Source: Setoptus koraiensis
Lineage: Eukaryota; Animalia; Arthropoda
Length of the DNA: 64,000 nucleotides
NCBI GenBank assembly: GCA_048013815.1
Contig: CM106586.1
Span: 1,736,001 to 1,800,000, forward strand
Reading direction: 5' to 3'
A model generated the notes under the pieces. It was not told the DNA's origin. It ran no database searches and worked only from the letters and a program-made list of their open reading frames with translations. The first letter of the stretch is position 1. Every line of letters begins with the position of its first letter. Below are positions 55,773 to 64,000 of the stretch, in pieces. Made by a program: the position numbers and the translations under genes.

Positions 55773-56834
55773 ATGGCTTCCGAGACTATATACATAAGCG
55801 CCAAAGATGTGCCCAGCAGAGCCACAAGTATTGAAAAGATCCTGTTGGAGGCCGAAAAGAAGAAAATCACCAACGAGCTATTGATCAAAGTGGGACTCCG
55901 TATGAATCATAATCTCATATGCGGCTCAAACTCTAGATGTGTAGCAATGCTAGTCACATTCAAAAGTGTTATGCACGATTTAGAGAACTACTATCCGGTC
56001 TCAAGTGACTTTCTAAACGCTCTACTGTCTTCCATCAAGTCGGCGACGGACTTTTTAGCAGTGTGCCGGCCTCTATCCATCAGTATGACCAACACTATCA
56101 AGCACTTGAAAGATGAAATATCCAAAATGCAACAAAAAGCTGCGACGTTAGCTCTGAAACCAAACGAAATAAGTGGAAAAGATTCTCATAGGGAACAACT
56201 AGATAACTTTATTGATCGTTTCATTTACGAAGAAATCCTGTCAGCGCAGAGGGGTATTTGCGTGAACGCATCTAATAAAATTGATAGACAAAATGATGTC
56301 ATTCTCGTCTACGGATGCTCGGCGGTGATCCAGCACATCCTCATCCAGGCCAAGAGGGATAACAAAAACTTCAAGGTTATTGTTGTGGACTCGCAACCTA
56401 ATTATAACGGTCGCCGTATGCTCAACTATTTAAATGAGCATGCAATACCGTGCACATATACTCTCATCAATTCATTGTCATACATCATGAGGCAAGCAAA
56501 TAAGGTCTTGCTAGGTGCCCATGCCATATTGGCTAACGGTTATGTGATGGCTCAGATCGGAACTTCTCAGATAGCACTCATGGCCAAAGCTTGTAACAAG
56601 CCTGTTCTCGTGTGTTGTGAGACTTACAAATTCAGCGAACGAGTCTACGTTGATTCTTTTCCGTGTAACGAGTCAATTCCCTCATCAGAAAATTTCATCA
56701 ATTTACTTTACGATGTTACTCCGCCTGAATTTGTTACAATGCTCTTAACTGAACGAAGCACAATACCCGCACTATCCGTCCCCGCTGTCTTGAGATACAG
56801 GTGTGAACAAGCATTTCAGCAATCAAACGTGTAA
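55773..56834 (+). CDS. EIF2B4: Translation initiation factor eIF2B subunit delta, 353 aa, intronless
   Basis: GSNSRCVAML, CRPLSISMTN, VIVVDSQP, LGAHAILANGYVM..IGTSQIAL, PVLVCCETYKFSER, LYDVTPP. Confidence 0.93.
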   Translation: MASETIYISAKDVPSRATSIEKILLEAEKKKITNELLIKVGLRMNHNLICGSNSRCVAMLVTFKSVMHDLENYYPVSSDFLNALLSSIKSATDFLAVCRPLSISMTNTIKHLKDEISKMQQKAATLALKPNEISGKDSHREQLDNFIDRFIYEEILSAQRGICVNASNKIDRQNDVILVYGCSAVIQHILIQAKRDNKNFKVIVVDSQPNYNGRRMLNYLNEHAIPCTYTLINSLSYIMRQANKVLLGAHAILANGYVMAQIGTSQIALMAKACNKPVLVCCETYKFSERVYVDSFPCNESIPSSENFINLLYDVTPPEFVTMLLTERSTIPALSVPAVLRYRCEQAFQQSNV

Positions 56835-56837
56835 AAT

Positions 56838-58139
56838 TTACTCCTTGTAATTTACATTTTTCATTTTGGCAATCAAGTCAATATTAATTAAAAAAACAAA
56901 TCTCAAGCCGCAAATTTCCACGACGGAGTTATTGTTGATAACGGTGCAGTTTCCATTGCCTGAGACAGGCTTCGAGTCGACGTAAAACGGTCTTTTACCC
57001 GTGTTGGCTATGACAAAGTCTCCATTCGGTTGTAATTCAATCATTCCTTGTTTACGACTTATTTTTGAGGCCGGCCCCTCCAGGCTGAGGTCAACATCTA
57101 CGATGGTATCCTTTGTACATCTTCCGAATGTAATTTGCTTAAGTATCATGAGGTATCTTATGTGACGGCCTCTTAAAACAGCTAAGTTGGGATGATTGTT
57201 GTCGTCGAAATCCGATTGAGGAGCAACTTTAATTGAGTCGACTAGGGCTTGCCATTTGGGTATTTCGTTCTCTAATTTTCGTATCTCTCTTTTGACCCTT
57301 CTTGCGTTCACCATTAGCTCTTGATGTACAGGATCATCTTTGAGATTTGAGAGGACTGATTGACCATTGAAGTTGGATGCAATGTGATCAGTGAGTGAGT
57401 GGAGAATATCTTTGTCCACTGTTTCTTCCACCTCATTGAATGTGGGCAATTCTTCTCTTCTACTGGTTTGATCATGAGACAGAAGATTGTGATATTTCAT
57501 AGCTCTCCAATGTATTAGTAGGTGGTCTTCTCTCCTATGCGGCTGGAATACATCAGGGTGGTCGTCGAGAAGTTGCCTAAAGGCTTGTAGGGATGGCTTC
57601 GGTTGAGTGATTGTTTTGAGAGTGTTCTCTTCTTGCTCGGAGAACAACGTTTTGGCGTGGATTTTTGCAACAATGTCGGGACTGAGTTGACGCATCGCGG
57701 CCATGGCAACTCTTTGTATGGGTGCGTAGTACAGTAGAGCGTACCATCTATCTTCGATTTCCTGTAATGTAAATTTACAGGAAAATTTGACACCCTTGTG
57801 GACGGCCTGAAGACTGTTGGTTTGTTGAGCGGCTAATATGAGAGCCAAATCATCAGCCGGCTTCCATCTTCCCAGCTCCCGCATGGCCAAGTCTCTAGCG
57901 GTTTTGTGGCGTCGCCTCTTTTGTTTCTTTGGGGGCTCTATGACAGGCGGAGGCTGGGTGACCGGTGTTTCATCTTCGAATCTGGCAGGGGCGCGCGTAT
58001 TCCTTCTAGATCTACCCTCTGCCAGAGAGGGCTTTGGTAAATTGGGTGGCGCCACTGAAGGTTGAACGTTATTGGTCGTCGTGGATGTGCTGATAACGGC
58101 ACCATCTGTGATAACCGGTTTAGTTTCAGTGGTTTCCAT
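56838..58139 (-). CDS. MCRS1: Microspherule protein 1 (NSL/INO80 complex subunit) with C-terminal FHA domain, 433 aa
   Basis: GRWKPADDLALI, HKGVKFSCKFTLQEIEDRWYALLY, LFSEQEE, and FHA motifs LAVLRGR, FGRCT...VDVDLSLEGPASKISRKQG, VVEICGLRFVFLIN. Confidence 0.95.
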   Translation of the reverse strand: METTETKPVITDGAVISTSTTTNNVQPSVAPPNLPKPSLAEGRSRRNTRAPARFEDETPVTQPPPVIEPPKKQKRRRHKTARDLAMRELGRWKPADDLALILAAQQTNSLQAVHKGVKFSCKFTLQEIEDRWYALLYYAPIQRVAMAAMRQLSPDIVAKIHAKTLFSEQEENTLKTITQPKPSLQAFRQLLDDHPDVFQPHRREDHLLIHWRAMKYHNLLSHDQTSRREELPTFNEVEETVDKDILHSLTDHIASNFNGQSVLSNLKDDPVHQELMVNARRVKREIRKLENEIPKWQALVDSIKVAPQSDFDDNNHPNLAVLRGRHIRYLMILKQITFGRCTKDTIVDVDLSLEGPASKISRKQGMIELQPNGDFVIANTGKRPFYVDSKPVSGNGNCTVINNNSVVEICGLRFVFLINIDLIAKMKNVNYKE

Positions 58140-58478
58140 TATCCCTGATAAAATAAAATGATTACCGATAGGTAGAATTGAAGAATAATAATTTATATTT
58201 CTTCACTTCGCCCTCTGAGATCTGACTGTTTCATGGATTACATTTCCCTATCGGATAAAACAATAGCCTTTCTTGCAGCAATGGGAAGTACAAAAATCTA
58301 TTTATGCTCATGCGTCCCATTGAATGTGCGCAATTTTCAAAAACGTTTTAAAAAATTAATAACAACTGATTTTTTTCTCTTCTTCGCTGCCAAAATAAGA
58401 TTACCCTCATTCATAACGAGGTTCCCACTTTTGCTACCACTGTACAAATCAATTAGAACCAATCACACTGTCATCAGG

Positions 58479-59054
58479 ATGACCTCTATAGTTGATAATC
58501 CGTTACATATATCGTGGCATGATTCAGCCTGGATACCTCATTTAAATCCGACAAATGTTCTAGATTACTTTTGCGAACGCTCCAATCCATTTTACGATAG
58601 AACATGTAACAACGAAATAGTCAAAATGCAACGTCTCAATCCAGAGCAATTGCAAACCATGACAGGCATTGAATTTGTTTTATTGCATGTCCAAGAACCT
58701 ATTTTGTATGTAATTCGAAAACAAATTCGTCAATCAAGTAGCCAAGTTACACCTCAAGCCGACTACTACATATTAGCTGGTGTCGTTTATCAAGCTCCTG
58801 ACCTCAACACAGTTATTCAATCGCGAGTATCGAATTTCGTCCATAGCCTTCAATCGGCCTTCCAAGAATTTCAGGACATTAAAAAATTCCAAGCTTCTAG
58901 TGGGTATACATGGACTTTTAAGGAGAAACAAGCTAGGAAAACTATCAATCCTGAAGCTTCGACTGCCAGACTAGATGAGCCATTTACAAAGTTTCATGCT
59001 GAAAAAGTCGATTCGCTGCTAAGGATGCTTGAACCTCCTCCACCGGCTATTTAA
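58479..59054 (+). CDS. MED6: Mediator of RNA polymerase II transcription subunit 6, 191 aa
   Basis: [68 protein letters not shown]. Homology begins at ATG 58479, not at the ORF-track ATG 58233. Confidence 0.93.
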   Translation: MTSIVDNPLHISWHDSAWIPHLNPTNVLDYFCERSNPFYDRTCNNEIVKMQRLNPEQLQTMTGIEFVLLHVQEPILYVIRKQIRQSSSQVTPQADYYILAGVVYQAPDLNTVIQSRVSNFVHSLQSAFQEFQDIKKFQASSGYTWTFKEKQARKTINPEASTARLDEPFTKFHAEKVDSLLRMLEPPPPAI

Positions 59055-59110
59055 TTGCTCTATTGAGAGTCCCGGGTGCAGTCGTACTGTATATATTGTG
59101 ATACAAATCA

Positions 59111-59313
59111 CATTCAATACATATCTCAATAAAAAGGTTACCTGTATAAGTTGCGATAGCTTGTAGATATATAACCTTTGATCGAGGGTCTTTCTGAGAC
59201 AAACAACAGCAGCCTCTAATGATAGGCAAAAAAGTCTTGTCAAACTCAGAGCCAACTCGATTAATTCTATGACTAACTCTGGTGACATAGTTATTTTTTA
59301 TTGTGGCAGAGGC
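59111..59313 (-). pseudogene. Inverted partial duplicate of SGPL1 exon 1 (plus about 25 nt of leader), retaining an 89-codon ORF (59019..59288)
   Basis: The reverse complement aligns to 61242-61447. By hand count there are 17 mismatches in 171 nt over 57 codons with no indels: MSPELVIELIELALSLTRLFCLSLEAAVVCLRKTLDQ versus MSSAIVLELIELALSLAKLFCISLEAVVVCLRKTLDQ. Confidence 0.85.
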
Positions 59314-59319
59314 ATTTTA

Positions 59320-59820
59320 TTATAACTCTAAACCGCTTGACTTGTAAATATCTTTTTTGCCATCAAAATAACGCCTGTACCAATTTATGATTTCGTGTTT
59401 CCTGCTCACTGTCATGTAAGGGTTGCTAGCTAGACCAGATATTATCAATTCCATAAAGTTTCTCACGGGCCCACTAGCAGGGAAACCCTCCAAGAAATGA
59501 TCCAAGAATACGTGCTCCTGAAACGACTCTTCTTGCTCTAATCCTTGCTCGTTATCAATGGGGTAATGCCATAATCTTCCTTTCTCCGTTGCTAGTACCA
59601 ATTCATCAAATGGATTGTTTGGCATGTGAGTCTTGATTGTATTGTATTCATTTTTGCTCAATCTGTCCCAGACATCCAGTGTGGGCGCCGTCGAGGCTGC
59701 TTTGACCATTTTCTTATTGAAGAACTCCGTTCGGCCCAGCTGTTTAGACGAAATCGAATAGACCTCAATTTTGGCCATCTTCATGTTCTTCAACAACAAA
59801 ATGAGCTTGTCGCTACCCAT
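59320..59820 (-). CDS. MRPS31: Mitochondrial ribosomal protein S31 (mS31), conserved C-terminal domain only, 166 aa
   Basis: NPFDELV..TEKGRLWHYPIDNEQG, FQEHVFL, GPVRNFMELI.SGLASNPYMTV..K.EII.WYRRYF. Confidence 0.88.
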   Translation of the reverse strand: MGSDKLILLLKNMKMAKIEVYSISSKQLGRTEFFNKKMVKAASTAPTLDVWDRLSKNEYNTIKTHMPNNPFDELVLATEKGRLWHYPIDNEQGLEQEESFQEHVFLDHFLEGFPASGPVRNFMELIISGLASNPYMTVSRKHEIINWYRRYFDGKKDIYKSSGLEL

Positions 59821-59964
59821 TTTTTTTTTATCAATATAAATGAATAGTAATAATAATCGTAATTTTAATTGGACTAAGGACTCAAGTATAATAAAGGTTG
59901 TTCAAGGCAATACTGCTTGTAAACAACATCTAGGCTGTTATGAGAGCGCGTTATTCGAACGCTT

Positions 59965-60474
59965 TTACTTGGGGAAGAAGAACGAATTTTGATGGCTCAT
60001 GTAGGAAACGTTGGGAAGTTCGCTCAAAATTTTTAATGCCTCAGCACTAAGGATGGTCTCATTCTCAATTGGCTGATGTCTTTGAGAAGAAGGTGCATTA
60101 GCTTCAGTTTGTGATTGTTTGGGCGTCAGACTGGAAGCTTGGTGATCATGATCACTGGACGTAATTTTATTGTCAACTTCTTTGAGGCTCGAGGACTGTT
60201 CATGATTCCTCAGTTCCTCTCTTTCCGACTCATCATGGATGTGAGTTTGGTTAGGTTTGAGGTTTAGTGCTTCCAGTAACAAGTGGAACGTATGCGTTGT
60301 GTGCCAATTAATCTTGAGTGAGGGAGCATCATCTAAGTTTCCGATACTGTTCCAGAAATCAATTGACTCTTGATCGGTGAATATACTATACGAGCTCTGC
60401 AAATAGTCTGTCTGGATTTCATTGCATCCGTGAGTAGTCGCTTGAGAATCTTTATCCGTGGTGTTAGAATCCAT
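59965..60474 (-). CDS. Hypothetical protein, about 169 aa from ATG 60474
   Basis: Long stop-free frame with coding-like composition in a gene-dense block and an ordered-looking C-terminus (AEALKILSELPNVSYMSHQNSFFFPK). Family not recognised. Confidence 0.55.
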   Translation of the reverse strand: MDSNTTDKDSQATTHGCNEIQTDYLQSSYSIFTDQESIDFWNSIGNLDDAPSLKINWHTTHTFHLLLEALNLKPNQTHIHDESEREELRNHEQSSSLKEVDNKITSSDHDHQASSLTPKQSQTEANAPSSQRHQPIENETILSAEALKILSELPNVSYMSHQNSFFFPK

Positions 60475-61266
60475 TCTTTTGAGCCGAGACTCAATCAACT
60501 GTGGAATATTCTTCTGTCTACAACTGTTCGAGACACAGAACTATAAGCTAATTCGATCTCGCACCGAATGGTAGGATGAATTGTATGTTAGCTCAAATTT
60601 AGATGTTAATCACGTAATCTCTACGATGTATTCATGTGTTGAATCGCTAATCGGATACATGTTATCTTTCGTTATGTTCTTATGTTCACAGTATTGACAA
60701 CCTCACAACAATAGATCCAATGAAGATATAAATGCAGCTGTTGCGTTAGTTCAAATCATCAGGTCAGCTGTTTGCAACTTGCATGCGTGAGCCATCGTTT
60801 CATGTCTGAAGAGTTGTGAATATAAGGACTAGTTAGACAACAGTAAATATCGATTGAAATATCAATGTTGTATCAAACAATCAAACGAGATTCTCTGATT
60901 ACCTTATATCTGGTTCACATTAATTATGTAATCCATGTTTGAATAACGCGCTTATGTGGTCTAGCCTCACAAGTTGCTCAAACTAGAATGAGAACTCTTG
61001 ATTTTACCTTATGAATTTGTGAGATAGGCAAGCCGCCTGAGGTGTAAGGTATCGCAATCATTGCACATAGCATCAAACTTGTTATAACTAACTAATATGT
61101 GTCACTAACATGTAACTGTCAACTGGTCATCCTCTTTAGTCATTTCTCAGACATTTTTACTGAACAGTTGGTCTCCTCCACACCAAGCTGTATAATACAT
61201 TAATATCGACAAGAGATTTTTAGCAAATCCGAGGCAAACTAGCATCTGCCAGAATAAAGAATAACC

Positions 61267-63041
61267 ATGTCTTCAGCGATAGTCCTAGAATTAATCGAGT
61301 TGGCTTTGAGTTTGGCAAAACTTTTTTGCATATCATTAGAGGCCGTTGTTGTTTGTCTCAGAAAGACTCTCGATCAAACGTTAAATATCTACAAGCCATC
61401 GCAACTTATACCGGTAACCTTTTTATTGAGCTATGTACTATTCAATGTTTTGGTTCACTTTAGAAGACCACCTAAAGGTAAATATAAATGTGAAATAACT
61501 CTGACGTCATGATGAATGTCTCATGATCAATTATCCTAACGTTCTCAAATCTTGGAATATCAGGCACCTTCACTTTCAGGACACTAGGAACTTTTTTCAT
61601 GAGTCTCCCAATGATAAAACACAAGATTGATAATAAGATAAATAAAATAGCCACTGACATGAAGATAGACTTATTGAAAGTTTATGGAAAAGACAAATTT
61701 ATCAGTGAATTACCATTGAAGGGCAGTCCTCCAGAGACTTTATTGAGGAAAATCAACCACTATCAATTATTTGACACTACTGGCTGGCAACAAGGCCGAA
61801 TATCCGGAGCTATATATACTGATAATGTTTCGAGCTACAATAAGATGCTCTTATCTGTCTTTGGTAGCCACATGTGGTCCAATCCGCTACATGCAGACGT
61901 TTTTGCCAGCGTGAGAAAGATGGAAGCTGAAATAATCAGTATGGTTGCAAAAATGTACAAAGGAGGTCCTATGACATGTGGTAGTGTCACAAGCGGCGGT
62001 ACCGAGAGTATCATAATGGCCTGTAAGGCATACCGTGATTACGCCAGAAAAGTCAAACATATTAAGGGCAAACTTGAGATTATCGCACCGGTCACAGCAC
62101 ATGCCGCTTTCGAGAAAGCAGCTAATTTCCTTGATTGTAAAATTAAACATATACCCGTCGATAGAGTCACCTACAAAGTCGACATGAAGTTGTTTAAACG
62201 AGCTATCAGTCCTAAAACTATGATGCTTGTTGGCTCGGCACCACAGTTTCCGCATGGAATCGTTGACCCAATATCCGCCATTGGCAAGCTTGGCCTAGAG
62301 AGGGATATACCTGTTCATGTTGATGCTTGCCTGGGTGGTTTCTTATTGCCATTCATGAAGGAGGCCGGTTTTCAGCTTGATGAATCATTTGATCTTACTG
62401 TTCCTGGAGTTACTAGCATATCAGCCGACACGCACAAGTACGGATATACACCAAAAGGTACCTCTGTTATCCTCTATCGCCATGAAAAATATTTACATCA
62501 ACAATATTCCATACAGACTGATTGGCCCGGTGGAATTTATGCCTCACCCACAATGCCAGGAAGTAGACCCGGAGCTCTCATTGCGACCACATGGGCCTCA
62601 CTAATTTACCACGGCCAGACTGGATATGTGGATGCTACAAAGAAGATTCTTACCACAGCTAAGTTCATTCGGGATGAATTGAGCCAAGTTCGGGGAATCA
62701 GGTTACTGGGCAATCCTTTAGTTAGTGTTGTTTCGTTTGCCTCTGATGATTTTGATATTTACGTTATGAATGACCAGCTCAAGCAACTTGGATGGAACTT
62801 GAATGCATTACAATTTCCTAGCGCCTTTCATTTATGCGTCACTTTAATGCACACCTCAAACAATGTCGCGAAAACTTTCGTCAGAGATGTCACGAATATC
62901 GCTCGAACTCTGATGAACGGTCCCAAAGAGAAACCTACTGGCTCGGCAGCTATTTATGGCATGTCGCAAACTATTCCTGATCGTTCATTGGTTGCTCAAA
63001 TCGCGAGAAAGTATCTTGACGCTTGTTACGCATTGGAATAA
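61267..63041 (+). CDS. SGPL1: Sphingosine-1-phosphate lyase. join(61267..61477,61564..63041)
   Basis: PLP-dependent fold: SGAIY, WSNPLHADVF, TSGGTESIIMACKAYRD, HVDACLGGF, PLP-lysine motif SISADTHKYG, GGIYASPT. Exon 1 encodes the N-terminal membrane anchor. Donor aaag|gtaaat at 61478 and acceptor tatcag at 61563 keep phase 1 (an alternative in-phase AG lies at 61587). Confidence 0.93.
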
Positions 63042-63692
63042 CGCTCCTTTACGCCAACTATATTGCTCCAGCATGTTTTTTACTTATCTGTTCACTTAAA
63101 GAAAATAAATAGACCGAATTAACAGCAACTTTACCTTTTTAAGTTTGATTGTCAGTCCCAGTGAGATTTGAAGCCGAACAAAAGAAGAGCTTTTTGATTG
63201 TCCGATGGCGTTGAGAACGTCAGAAGAGAATGAGTCAGGCGGGACATTTATTGTAATATCTTTTTGAGATTCGCGCATCTCGCTATGGGCAGTTATTGCC
63301 GCTTCTGTCCTTGCACCCCATGAACACGTGGAGATTGTAACGTTATTTTGTTGCAAAACGTATTCTAACAAGCGTAATCTTTACTGATGTTAGAATTGCG
63401 AAAAATTATTTGTTAAAAATCAGAATATCAGCCTCATTTTCATGTTTTATTATACAGCACCGATAGCCTAGTAAAATTAGGGGGTAAAAAAAATTGTTGT
63501 CATTATTGCAAAAATTTCAAAAAACGTGGGCTTAAGAATAGCGTATTCTTTCAGCTCTCAATCTGGAACGTTCAGAAAAGCTATAGTTTGTTCCATTTGG
63601 GTGTCTCCGAATAAGAAGTTTACCTTGTAAGCAAGTTAACTATGGCTACTCGACTGACCGGACAGTAAATCTCAAGCAGGACGTCGAATCCG

Positions 63693-64000
63693 ATGTATCA
63701 GATGCTCAACATATTATCAAGATCAACTTTAGGATTGGTAACAGGGCCATGGAGAGCACAGCAAGTGAGAACTACGATAAACATATCATCTTTATTTGCG
63801 GGGTCAAACGACCATAAATATATAGCCACACACGATGGTATGTTTCACTGTGATGAAGTTGCGGCGTGTTTCATGCTGAAACAATTGGACACCTTCCGAG
63901 ATCATGATTTAGTAAGAACAAGGGATCAAAGAATATTGGATTCCGCTGACATAGTTGTAGATGTCGGTGGAATATTTAATGGCCATAGCAGAAGATTTGA
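63693..64000 (+). CDS. MYG1: MYG1 exonuclease (DHH family), 5' part, truncated by the window end
   Basis: Not in the ORF track. The frame from ATG 63693 reads MYQMLNILSRSTLGLVTGPWRAQQVR...IATHDGMFHCDEVAACFMLK...LVRTRD...ADIVVDVGGIF, which carries the MYG1 THxGxFHCDE and VVDVGG motifs behind a presequence-like N-terminus. Confidence 0.92.
   Translation, partial: MYQMLNILSRSTLGLVTGPWRAQQVRTTINISSLFAGSNDHKYIATHDGMFHCDEVAACFMLKQLDTFRDHDLVRTRDQRILDSADIVVDVGGIFNGHSRRF

Noticed and set aside
58233-58478. 82-aa N-terminal extension of MED6 in the ORF track
   Set aside because: It covers the A/T-rich divergent MCRS1/MED6 promoter. MED6 homology starts only after ATG 58479.

Overview
Eukaryotic genomic DNA, with GT-AG introns mostly 85-250 nt and no operon, CRISPR, rRNA or tRNA features. 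Gene content and style point to an arthropod, probably a compact-genome acariform mite (inference only). Two architectures alternate. Long CA/TG- and CAA/TTG-repeat-rich noncoding tracts (about 1-6300 and 43000-54800) flank two very large low-complexity genes: a bifocal/taperin-like PP1-targeting protein (+) and a clip-type transmembrane trypsin-like protease (-). Tightly packed, mostly intronless housekeeping genes fill the rest: DNAJB, IDI1, ARPC5, FAM193, PEBP, a LAMP-domain gene, DCTD, EIF2B4, MCRS1, MED6, MRPS31, SGPL1 and MYG1. All spliced models were rebuilt by hand with phase-checked splice sites and none is transcript-verified. The main observations are: (1) the bifocal-like gene appears to splice across a 9.1-kb intron that contains, on the same strand, a complete carnitine acetyltransferase gene and a secreted orphan gene; (2) an inverted copy of SGPL1 exon 1 (about 200 bp, about 90% identical over the aligned codons) sits between the converging MED6 and MRPS31 3' ends; (3) a LAMP luminal domain has no visible transmembrane anchor or lysosomal tail; (4) the EIF2B4 and MCRS1 stop codons are only 3 bp apart.
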